A stretch of DNA of 64,000 nucleotides, taken from the NCBI GenBank assembly GCA_965153355.1, contig OZ231126.1, positions 25,668,001 through 25,732,000 on the forward strand. The letters run 5' to 3'. The notes beneath the pieces were generated by a model. It had not been told where the DNA came from. It ran no database searches and saw only the letters and a program-made list of their open reading frames with translations. Position 1 is the first letter of the stretch. Each line of letters starts with the position of its first letter. Source of the DNA: Flaccisagitta enflata (Eukaryota). A program made the position numbers and the translations under genes. This document shows, piece after piece, positions 51,163 through 63,129 of the stretch.

Positions 51163-52005
51163 GCAACAACAAGCACAACAGTTAGTTCCAAATCTACGCT
51201 AACAACAGAGTTCAGTTTGTAAGTTCAGAGTTTCGCGACTCGCATTTCATCGGTTTATCTGTCAACAACAACAACTATCATGAACAGTAACAATAACAGT
51301 TACAAATAGGGACTCACCAGTCGTGAAATACACGTTTTGTAGGTAGAAATTTCTCGACGATAAAGACACGAGGGCTTTCTGTATCGCCGGTGTGAGGATG
51401 GATAGTAGAAGAGACTTTCCGTATTGCTTGGCCCGCTCACGAAGAATCTTTGAAAGACAGAGAAAAAGACAGAAAGGATAGAAAAAAGGATAGAAAAAAA
51501 ATTAACTAAAACATTTAAGGAGGAGAAATATGGGTTAAAACGTGGAAAATAGAGGCAAATTGAATAACCAATAGATAATAAATGGGAAATTGTATGAGTA
51601 AAAGGAGAATATACATACCCACATCTCTTGGTGTGACTGTCAAGTTGCTGCATCTTTGCCTTGGCCTGTTTGGCGGGATCTTTGCGGTCTTTGATGCGCT
51701 GCTTGGCCAATTCAATCGCGGCGCGGAGACGAGCTGCCTTTTCTGCGGGTGTTTCCGATCGAACGTCATCGGCGCCAATGGCGCCATTAGAACCTACAGA
51801 TGGCGCTGCATGTGGGGTGCGGTCGCCGCGAACAACGCCCGCGTGTCCGGCGTTTGCAGATTCATGGTTGTTTTCGATGTCATCTTCGTCGGAATCCTCG
51901 CTTGCGTCAGTATCGCCACCTTCGACGTCATCATTGGCGGCATTGGGTGCCTCTTTGTGTTGGTCGACGTCAGACCCATCGGATGCGTCGTCGTCGTCGT
52001 CGTCG

Positions 52006-52043
<38 letters not shown>

Positions 52044-55000
52044 TGGTTCGGGTTCCGGCTCCGGCATGGATTCTTCCATGATGATTTTTCGTTTGATACT
52101 GAAGGTCAGGATGTAGTTTAGGACGGCGAGGATCGCCCTTGGATCTCCACCATTAGTCGACAATAAATGCGCCAGCTGCAAAAAAAAAAGGTGATTGTAA
52201 ATGTAATTGTGGTCAGCGGTACCCGTCACCCATTTATAAATTTTCCGAATGAATACAAACAAACACCATCGTTCAACATTACATGCACACATTTTACCCA
52301 TTGGGCCATGTCGTCGTAGACGTTATTTTCTCTCTCGTATGACCCCAGCTCCTTGATCATTTCGTCGGTCGCTCCTTCGTCTTTAGCCGCTTGGATGATG
52401 GCATCCCAATCTGCCTTATCTTCCTGGATCATCCGCTTGTATTCTTCAATTTGCGGTTTGTAACTGAAAAAAAGAGAATGTTAGTAAACAAAACATTAAT
52501 AATATTAACCAAATGGATTGAAAGAAATCTACGTTAAAACTATGACTAATAAAAATAATTGAACCATGTTAATTTAAATGACCATCTTACTTACTATTCA
52601 ACCATGCGAATTATAAAGGATTTTTCTCTGGCCTCCTTTTGCTTTTGCTCCATGTAAATGTCGAAAATTTCTCGTTGAACCGATTCACTGCAACCCTTTA
52701 AGTAGACCGACAAGCCAAGTCGCAATTCCATGTCCATGCTTTGTCTAAGAAAATGGAAGTAACATTTGAATTACAACTAAGTGAGGGGGGGGGGTGTGAG
52801 TGAAGCCCCACACGTTCCACTTAAATTTATCACCTCCAAGATTAATGCCTGTTGTAAAACTAACCTGAACTCCTCGAATGACTGTGGATTTGATCTCTGC
52901 GGATTTGATCTCTTCATGAGTTGGATGAGCACTTGTCGCTGGTCCCAATCGTTTTGCATTGATTCCGAGCATTCGCATTCCCCAATGTCTAAGTGAGCGA
53001 AAAAAAATGTATGGGGTTGAGGGTACACAGAAATTGTACACATATAGAATTTTTAATCGCGTGTACGCGACCATCGCGTGTACGCGACCATAAGTCATTT
53101 TTAGGTATAATGAACCATTTTAGGCGATTCTAAGTAATTCTAAGTCATTCTAAGCAATTTTAAGTAATTCTAAATCATTTTAAGTCATTCTAAGTTATTC
53201 TAAATCATTCTAATTATTTTAAATCATTCCAAGTAATTGTAAGTTATTCTAAGTCATTCTAGGTCATTCTAAGTTGTTCTAAGTAATCCTAAATTATTTT
53301 AAATTATTCTAAGTTGCTTTAAATCTTCCTATGTTATTCTATTCATTCTTACATACACAACCAACCTAGGAATTTTAGACGATCAGGGGCTTTCAACGAT
53401 GGGTCAAGAAATTCCATTGATGGGCGTCCCTTTTTGCCCTCTCCCTTTGATGGCATGGGATTTGCATCTACCATGGATTGGCGTTTCGTCTCATCGTCCA
53501 AAAACACGTCGAAGCAGCTCACAGCTGGCTTATTTTCGTCCGGCATCTGATGAAACTGAGAGGCGAAGAGCAGTAATTATGTATTAAAGTTGCACATGTT
53601 AGTGAATGCATGCATATAGAATGACAATGAAGCTGCATAGTATATAAATACCAACCTGTAGCAAATATTCAAGTAGGGGTGGTGCCACTCTTCCCTTAGC
53701 CTCTTTATCGTTGCCGCGCTTGTTGTTGATGTCGATGCAATAATCAATCCTCTTTTGTTGCACATGTTCTTCGGTGGGACAGCATATTGACTGTGTGAAT
53801 AATTTTGTAAAATGCTATCACAAAGTATTTATAACATTGGAGTATTCGATACTGTGGCATCACCATAGCATCACAATAGCATCACACTGGCATCACATTG
53901 GCATTGCAGTAACAACATAGTAGCAGCGCAGTGGCAACGCAATAGCATCACAATAGCATCACAGTGACATTATAATAGCATCACATTAACATCACATTAG
54001 CACCACAGTAGCAACACAGTAGTAGTATTGCAGTGGCATCACAGTAGCATTACATTAGCACCGCCGTAGCATTAACTCACCTCGTAGTCACATGGTTTTG
54101 ACAGTGCAGCTGCAATTTTCGCGTAACCCCACTTGTTTGCCAGTGAGGTAAGAGCACCACTCCTCCTCAACACCTCGTCAAAAACCCTTTCGTGTGCTGT
54201 GTTTGACCAACCTTTGGGTTTTTTGTCTCCCGCGATTTTCTGTGTATTTGAGAGGAAATGATTAAATCGGGAATGGGTATGTATAAAAAGGCCATAGAAA
54301 TCCCAATATCTCTTAAAATCATTTAAATTGAAAAACTCTCTCCTCTAACCTTCAAAAACAGCTCGATGTCTGATCGCCATCTGTGTCCGTAGGAACTGAG
54401 AGAAAAAAATAGTTGAAAATGTAAGATGGTTAATGTTACCCATGGCATGTGGATAAAGACAAGGTTGAGAGTGGGGTAGCGACCCCAACACAAATAGAAA
54501 TGTGGAAAGAGTGAGAGAGAGAGGAGAGGGGGGAAAGGAGTGAGGGAAGGAAAGAGGGGAGAGGGATAGAAGGGGGGGGAGAGAGAAAGAGGCAAAGGGA
54601 CAAAGAGACAAAGAGACAGAGAGAGAGGCAGAGAGATAGAGAGAGAGAGAGAGGGAGAGAGAGAGAGATACAGTGCGTGAAATGTTCCATATCCTCGTCA
54701 TTCATCCCGGCTTCGTCTCCGTCCTCCCTGAGAGAAATAGTAAATGCGCAATGTAAACGAGTAAAAATGGATGGCCGCGTATACCATTAACAGCAGTTAT
54801 ACAGAAAGTATATACTTACTTGAACCTGTAGTGGTGACTGTACCAAGCATCACACTTCTTATCTCTAGCGTCCAGGTACTTCATCTTGAACTCGATACTG
54901 GTAAGACCGCTGTTCAAGCGCTTGATGTCTCTGGAAGTGAAAGAGGATGTAGATTTGATAACGGATAAATCTAAAGTAATTATCAACTGTAGTAGTTGAA

Positions 55001-55678
55001 ATCGAATTCTACACACATACATATTCATAGTTACCTAATAAACAAGAGGATGTGTAGCCAAGTGGGTTGATTAACCCCCATCTTCTTTTGGGATTCCCGC
55101 AGTTCGGCAATTTCCTCCGCTTTATCTTCCATGCCCTTTATTAACGGAATTCCGTCTATGACCGCGACGGTAGACATGTTGGGGGCGGTTACGACCACGC
55201 CCTCCATGTTGCTTTCTTTGGAGGCGGCCTCGAAGTCGGCGGACAAATTGCGTCGCGGATGTGGGATTTCGGTAGATACCTCGTCTTTATTTGTTGGCAC
55301 CATCGATTCATTTGGTATTGGCGACGCACGTGGAGAACGCGGTGATGGTGGCGTCGCCGCGCCACCCGGTGTTAACAGCCCACTTTGCTCGTCTGGTGTT
55401 GGCGATCTCCTCGAGTCATCGGATGCGCACGGGGATGCAGGCGACGAAGGACGAGGAGGAGGCGTTGGCGGAGGAGGAAGTGGTGCCGGGGGAGGAGGAA
55501 GAGGTTCACGATTGGCCTCATCGTCGGAGGAGTCCGACGGAACAAATTCCTTCGATTTATACTGTTCTTCCTTTTTGTCTTTTTTCTTGTGACGTTTGTC
55601 TTTATTTTCTTTTTTTTTACTCTTCTTTTTTTCACCCTCACTTGATTTGGATTTATGTTTTTTCTTTTCTTCAGCCAT
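49774..55678 (-). CDS. NS1/E1-like Rep: SF3 helicase with candidate N-terminal HUH domain; 15 exons (55678-55035, 54930-54820, 54727-54440, 54395-54350, 54239-54081, 53790-53656, 53546-53366, 52988-52865, 52744-52595, 52463-52298, 52175-51619, 51447-51318, 51038-50819, 50678-50079, 50005-49774); 1-nt frameshift in Walker A; ~1247 aa if repaired
   Basis: All junctions are GT-AG and phase-consistent. Motifs: KRCGFFVSGPSNT/GKS (A), SSRNFYLQN, VAHCDE (B), LKLMFEG..INVKHG (B'), ILCSSN (C), LLNRL (Arg finger). Confidence 0.8.
53115..53340. repeat. 10-bp (taagtcattc)n array inside a Rep intron
   Basis: Visible directly in the sequence. Confidence 0.85.
53855..54070. repeat. 11-bp (agcatcacagt)n array inside a Rep intron
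   Basis: Visible directly in the sequence. Confidence 0.8.
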
Positions 55679-55780
55679 ACTCAACTCCAAATCACAAATG
55701 TATTAGTTCTGTAATAAATCATGAATGAATATATAGTCAAAATCAGCATTTTTTTTTTACCGGCGACGCATAGAAAAATT

Positions 55781-56029
55781 GGGCCGAAGTTAGTTATAGC
55801 AGTCTCCCTATATAATTTGACTCGGCCACCTCTCTTTACAGGGATGGTTAAAGTAGAGTGGCTAAGGTAGGGTGGCTTTAATTGAGAAGAGGTGGAAATA
55901 TTACATTAATTTTGGAGTTAAAAATTAGTTAGTAATAACAAAATTTTATGAAAGGTGGCTAAATAACCCCTACTGCCAACCCAATTACCCTTGGTAATTT
56001 TTAGGAGACTGCTATAACTAACTCGATCC
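55781..56029. mobile_element. 249-bp MITE
   Basis: Perfect 20-bp inverted repeat agttagttatagcagtctcc (55788-55807 / 56004-56023). Flanked by the direct repeat AAAAATT. Confidence 0.75.
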
Positions 56030-56231
56030 AAAAATTGATTTACAACAATTAAATGATTATCAAGACGTAGCGAATTCCCAATTTAACACATGAACGGCAG
56101 CAAATGTACATTGAAGTGTCCTTTGACGTCACACGGCCACGATCCACGTCTTTATTCTGATATATTTTAATAAGGATGGGTGGTGGTTGATGGGAGGGGT
56201 GGGGATGGGAATAGAAAGAGTCGCGATGGGA

Positions 56232-59215
56232 TTAAATTTCATCGTAGTGTGTGAGCAGCAATGAGACGAGTAATGTGTTGTAGTTGGGGTGTGAGTCATA
56301 CAAATGGCGATTGAAAACAGAGACATTCAACTCCTTGGCAGAATGATATACTTTAATGTGCTGGTAAAACTCTAGGGCGCTTCTTTGGACAATATTACAT
56401 TTCTTACATTGAATGCCATTTTCAAAAGATTTCTTAACTTCAACTGCCATGTGGGTAAAAATATCTAAAAATTTCAATTTTATACCACACAGGTAACACA
56501 CTACATCGTGGTTTTCTTCCCTGAAATGGGATATAATGTCCTCATACATGCCCTTGCCATATACAAAACGTGTGTCACACTGTGAACATTGCTTATCCAC
56601 TCCAATAGAGACAACGTTCTGCCTGACAAAGTCACAACTTCCGGTGAGAATATGGTCTCTTGGAGTGAGCGATTTAGATTTTCCTGGGAATGGTGTGAAA
56701 CAATAACAGCAAATTTTCTTACTCAATCTACTTGGCAGTCCGTGCACTGTATCCTTACTTTTCTTGATGGAAGTGGGCGCCTTTTTGACGATGGGCAGGT
56801 CATTGGATTTGAGCCCTATGTCCAAATTTGGCATTTTTGGCGACTTGTACTCGAATTCACCGTTGGATTTCCGCTTTGATGGTGATTTTCCCGCCCCACT
56901 TTTCTGCGTCATCGACGATGTGGATTGAGGCGCAGATTTTTGGGCGACTGTCGCGATTTTGTCGCCCACACTCACACTTGATGAAAAGGGACGCGTTGTG
57001 GTATTCGATGACGGCTTTTGTGGCGCAGATTGGCGGGATGATGATGCAGATTTGCCGTTAATCTTCCCGGTCAATGATGGTTGGGCATTTTCCTTTCCAT
57101 TTGATGACTGATTAGAGGATTTACTTGGAGAAGATGCATTTGGGTCCATAAGTGGCGCCGCTTTATTTGTTTCCTTGCCAAGCACTTTGCCATATTTATC
57201 AGTCAATAGCACCTGCTTTTTGGCGTTGGGATCGGGAATTAGTGGATCCTTGGGAGTGAAAACCGATTTATTCGCGGGATTTCCGGCTTGACTGCGTTTC
57301 AAATCGCTCATTCTCACGCCATTTTTGGGTCCCAGGCGCAACGCAGGGGCGCCATTTCTCGATAAATTGACGTCACCTTCATCCGCGAAGGCTTTGGAAT
57401 ACAGAGATTTAGTAGGAGAAAATGCGTCTTCATTTGATGCGGAATCAACTGGCGCCTCATCCGGTTTCATCATATCTTGCAAGACAGCTGCGGCTTCGTT
57501 ACCTTCTTTAATCCAACCTGCTTCATTTGCCACCTTCCCTTTTTCATTATGCGCCCCTTCCTCTTCATCATCACTCTCTCCCCCGCCTCCAGCCTCCTCC
57601 TTGTCATCTTCCTCCTCCCTATCCTCCTCCTTGTCATCGTCCTCCTCTCCAGCCTCCCCCTTGTCATCGCCCTCCTCCCCATCCTCCTCCTTGTCATCGT
57701 CCTCCTCCCCAGCCTCCCCCTTGTCACCGTCCTCGTCCCTATCCTCCTCCTTGTCATCGTCCTCTTCCCCATCCTCACCCTTCCCTTTATTTTCATCGCC
57801 ATTCCCTTCCTCATCCTCACTCTCTCTCTCTACATCTCCATTTTCGTCATTAACACCTTCCATTTCGTCTGCCACGTCATTATTCCCCGTTTTACTCGCT
57901 GCGTCATCATGTACTTCGTCTCTCTCGGCGCCATTCGTATCGTCGCTTTCCTTGCGATTTATCAAGTCCATTAAGGCATTCTCAGATAGTTGACTTCCGC
58001 CACTCTCTTCAGTCGACGATTGATTTTTTGGTTTGGCCGCTTGTTTTTCGCATGTGGGCTTCTTATGCTTTTGGGTCATGTCAGAGATGGCATCCTCCGG
58101 TATCTCCTCCTCATCATCGCTGAAGGGGTCGGTAATTAATCCATCATCGGCATCATCATCAGCAGGAAACACTGCACGGTCAAACGGCGCCCCTTCATGC
58201 GACGCAGATGCCATTGGGAAGGCGACTCGCTTACTCGTTGACTTTTGCAATCCCACTTTCTTCGTACAATCAATTACCACTCCACCACTTTGCGACAATG
58301 AGTTGGAGATGTTATCGGTGCATTCAACCGTGACCATAGTCGGAGATGATGTTTTTTCCTCGACGGTGGCGTTGGTGGCGTCCACATTGGCGTCGACATT
58401 GACGTCATCGTCGACGTCGTCACGCCTTTCCTCTCTGTCGCTCAAGTTTGCATTGTCCATGTTAGGGGATCCACTAGTGTTTTCGACGACGGCATCAGCT
58501 TTATTGGGCGACTTGGGATTGTCCACAACATTGGTGGATGCGTTAATTGCGCCATCTGCATCACTAGAGACCAATGCGTTGTCGAAGGCAGCGCCGACGG
58601 TGGCGTAGGATTTGACGGCTTCACCGGGAGTAGGTTTGTTGAAGGGTAAGTAGCGGTCGACAAGGGCTTCCAACTTCGGGATGTCGCATTCCTTAAGACT
58701 TCCTTCAACATCTTCGACATCCTTTTCCTCTCGACGGGCCGCTTCTTCCGCCTCCAAAGCGCGGATTTTTTCTTCTAATCCGTCGAACATTTTTTCGTCG
58801 ATTTTTCGAACCGATTGTGGAATACTCGGCTCTTCATCATCGCAGTTGGGATCGAGGAGCGCAGATATAATTTTGGTTATCTCTGTTGCCATTTTACGCA
58901 TATTGTTTTCGTTGAGTTCAGCCTTTCCTTGGTCGATGTCGTACATCAACTTCGCCTCCTTTATTAGAAAAAAAAAAGGACAATAATACATGAACCCTGA
59001 GATGGCGACAAATTTCATTGGTATATACTATGCCACACCATAGCAAATAAACAACCCCAACTTACCCGGCACGCCTGGCTAAATGACAGCCCCTCCGATT
59101 TTGCCGTGAGAATCAACTTTTCCATCATATTCTTGTAAGGCGCCCTCAACGATTCCCTTTTTTCTCCCTGGGCAACCTGAATTGCGCGCCACTCCTTTTG
59201 CTTGCTAACACACAT
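56232..59215 (-). CDS. Large acidic/disordered protein with C-terminal C2H2-type zinc fingers; exons 59215-59066 and 58958-56232 (5' end uncertain)
   Basis: Phase-0 intron CGG|gtaagt...taaag|GAG. Fingers: CCYC...H...C, CSQC...HFREENH, CYLC...H, CKKC...HIKVYH. Confidence 0.75.
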
Positions 59216-62200
59216 TTGTACTAATGTTCAAGTGATACCATCATCATTGGATGTCAGTTTATGGCGTAAAATGCCGTAAAATGCTGTTTTTCTACCGTTT
59301 TTCTGGCACTAACCTCTCTTAAAGTGCGATATTCACTTGACAACTAACAGAAAATGGGTATTGAGGCCTGCGACACACAAATTGGTAAGTTTCAAAACAA
59401 GGCACAGAAATTCAGTGACATATCAACGCCGTAATAGATTGAAAATTGCCGTAAAATTGCAACATTGGCATTTTTTTTATGAATTTGCCCAAAAAACTGT
59501 TAGATAACGACCATATCATGATGAAATGGCACTAAAATACATCTATGCATATAAGTTTTTGGGCAAATTTACCCTTTCAATTGTCAAAAACACTATTTTA
59601 CGGCAATCTACGACCTTTTACCGTATATAAACATGCCTGAATATCTTTGATTTGTATTAAGCTTCTTATATACGTGTGTCTTAGGCCCAATACACATTTT
59701 CTGTCAGTTTGCAAATAAATGTGGTGCCTAAATTGAAGATAAAACCAAATGATTTGGCAAAAACACACTTTTAACGGCATTTTACGACATAGAATGAAGT
59801 TAAATGATGACGTCATTGCTTGAATATTCCCACAAATGTGTCTTAGTGTCACACCGATATTGTTTGACCAGTTGCTGAAAAGAGCCGTCATTTTTGACTG
59901 AGTTTAAACCGTCGAAACTGGCAAAAATGCTATTTTAAAGGCTTTTTACGGCATTTTACGGCATTTTCTCAAAAAAAATCCCAACAGAATTATCTGTTTC
60001 AAGCATGGTGACCTAGCCAGAGGTGTACTTAGTCAGTAAGGACATGTCACAATGCTGTGGAATTTTTTCCTACTTGCCTCAGTTAGAAAGGGGCGTGCAT
60101 TTTTGTAGTTGCGTTGTACCCATGTGCATCTAGTAAGACATTATCAAGCAATTTTTTTCTCAAGTGGATGTCAGCAAATATGGTCAATTCCACTTAATTT
60201 AACGTTAATTGGTCGTTTTATCTTTGTTTTCACTCAAATCGTCAATATCCTCTCTTAGAAAAGTCAAATTTGGATTAAAATTATGACTGTTGCTTCCCAA
60301 CAACACCTACTACCATCACCTAAAATGTGATGAAATTTGAAAGTCACTAAGTTGCATATGCTTATGTAAATTAGTCGCTCAGACTAATTTGCATATGAAA
60401 AGACAACCTTTAAATTTCAATCTGCAATGAGCTGCAGGGAGAAAATCGATAAGGTAAACAGCATTCAATCACACCTTTGATTTTGTTTCTTAGAAAAAAG
60501 TTACAGAAAGTTACCGGAATATTGAGGTTTTGGTTGACAAAAAAATAATGTAGTCGAATCAATCCCACTCCCGGTGGCTATCAAGGATAAATAGAAACCA
60601 TTGTCAATTGAAGACTTGAGATAATGGAGATCTCATGATACATAAACATACGGGCAGCAACGGGAAAATTATTTCTGTGCGTAACAGCCTCCGTCCTAAG
60701 CCCTCAGTGATGTCTCTCTCGCTCTCTCTCAAATGATAAAAGCGTGAAGAGATACGACACAAAAACAAATAACCGTCAATCCTAGGGGCAAAATTTCAAT
60801 CATGCACATCAAACAATTGATACAGTAGTAAACATTTAGTCTTGAGATAAGGGGATCATTATTTGAGCATAAAGAATTAAATCAGTCTATCAGAGTATCA
60901 AATATAAAAAGCAGCAGCTCTGTGTACAGACATTTTGAACATATAAGTTGGACAACATTACTTTACCAGTAATGGCGGCTATCGCCAGGGTCCGACAAAA
61001 TTTTTGGCTGCCTACAAGCAAAATTTTTCAATTGTTTCCTGCCTACTATACAAGCGCGTAGTTTAATAGAGTTCTCTAGATCAGATTTCAATCATAGAGA
61101 TTTAAATTTGCTTGCAACATTTTTTGCATTATATACTTTGACTTTGAGATAATTTCAAAAAGACCATTGCCATATCTTTTCTAAAAAGCGCCCAGGGCGC
61201 TTTTGAAATTACTATCTATCTTTGCTCTTTAACCCTCCAATTAGCGCCCCTTTGTATTGTAGAAGAACTGTCATTCAGTCCATCTTTTTCATGAAAAGCA
61301 ATCAAAATGCCAAATTTGACTTGAAGAAAGATATTCATTGCATATATCTGCTTAAAAGTCAGTGAAAATGGCTCAATGTGTTGTGTTTTTACATCATTTT
61401 ACTTAAGATTTCTATGCAAATCTTTTCTGAAGAGTGTGACACTAAGACAAAAGAGGGGGGGGGGCGCTTATTGGAGGGGGGGCACTTTATGGAAAAAATA
61501 CGGTAATAGCCAAGAAAATGTTTTTTTTCTCTGTTTTATAGGCAGTTTCTCTTATAAACCGGGCCGGCCAAAATCAAGCGCCTGATTGATTTAACATTAA
61601 AAAAAATAACATAGTTTAATGATAGTTGCATCTATCAGCTTGAAATTTTGCTTGCAGGCTCAGAATTTGATACTCTTTCAAGTAGGGATGTGGAAGCGAT
61701 TGACCGCTTTCAATTTGGAGGATGGGATAGCTACTAGTATTTGAACTAAATTGGTGTTAGATGCACGCTGTAAGCCATTGCTACTGTCGTTATTGATTTA
61801 TCATTGCTATGTCATCTAACTGTCATTGCGTCTTGCCTATGAATGATTCACCAGCTCAAAGTGTTGTAAGTGGTCATGTACCTGTGCCTCACGGAGTAGG
61901 AAGTGATGTGGTTGAGAGGGGAGTAGGGCAGAGGTTCTGAAGAGGACGAAGTCCAGTAAAACATAGGGGTAACCTGTCCGTCTGTCCATCCGTTCGTCCG
62001 TCTGTCCGTAATGCTTGCCAAACATCTGTCCAGGATGCCTGTTATTCAAATTTTCATTGAATATCAATAGAGAACTGACAAAGGGCAGAATATGGACAAT
62101 GGTACTTCTTTATATTTTTGTATAATGAAGTTGTTGAGGCAGGAGCAGCCGTGATCTGGGTCTCTTAGGCCAGACCTGAACCTCAGAGACCAATTTTTGG

Positions 62201-63129
62201 TCTCAGAGGTGCAAGGATTTGCTTCTGAGGTCAGATTTACCCTCTGAGCGCTAGGGATTTAGGCTCACAGGCCAGCACCAGGCTCCTTAATCTGGGTCCC
62301 AAAGGTCAGGATCTGGGTCTCTAAGGCTTATAAACAAAATTTTTAAGTGAGAGTGACTGTTTAAGAGGAAGGAATGGAAGTACCCTCGATTAGGCCCTGA
62401 AAACATAACGTTTATAAAACTGCAACGCTGATTCTAAAAATCATAGGCGTTTCCTTGCCAACTATTGCCAACTGTTTGAAAAAAGTCATGTCTGACTTGT
62501 GAGGGTGACAGCCTCATATCTAGTTGGTCAAAATCTGATAAACGCTTGTAAATGCAGGAGTAGACACGGCAGTAATGCATAGCTATTTTTGCCAATGGGC
62601 AGGGGCAGATGGCTATGCCTAAGAAGCAAATTTTTGGCAGTTGATCGGACAGACTGATCAACAGATGGACACAGCGACAGATAGAACAGCTTTAGTTGCG
62701 TGCAGGTATGCAGTTGTTAATATGGGAGGCCAATCAGGTTTTTTGGACAGGGGCAGTAACTCTGTAAAGTTACCCAAAATCAAACAAATGCAGCAAACGG
62801 ACAGACTGCTGGATGATGGGTGGACAGATGGACGGATGGATAGAGGGACCAACAGGTGGTTGACGTAGTAGTGTAGCACGCGACCTAAAACAAGATTTCC
62901 ATAGCTTCTTATATTCGTTCTTGAAAATCAAACCAGTTCTCAACAACTGCTCTAAGTAAACAGTTCCGCCCACATTCCAGATGAAATCAGCTTGAAACGT
63001 TTATTTTTTAAATAAAAATTATTGTATGATCACTTCACCCCCCCCTCCACACAAATACAAACAAACAATATTTGATACAGAGATTGGGATGGGTGCTAAG
63101 TGAAACAAATCATCTATGTAGTAGTGGCT

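Larger units (their letters stand above)
29901..59215. mobile_element. Polinton/Maverick (adintovirus-like) endogenous viral element, intron-containing; true termini not identified
   Basis: Co-located packaging ATPase, rve integrase, minor and major capsid genes and pPolB, in a compact, partly overlapping layout within repeat-rich host DNA. Coordinates span the first to last coding exon only. Confidence 0.9.

Noticed and set aside
51300-52301. 333-aa ORF as a standalone gene
   Set aside because: It reads through introns. It is better explained as exons 11-12 of the spliced SF3 helicase gene.
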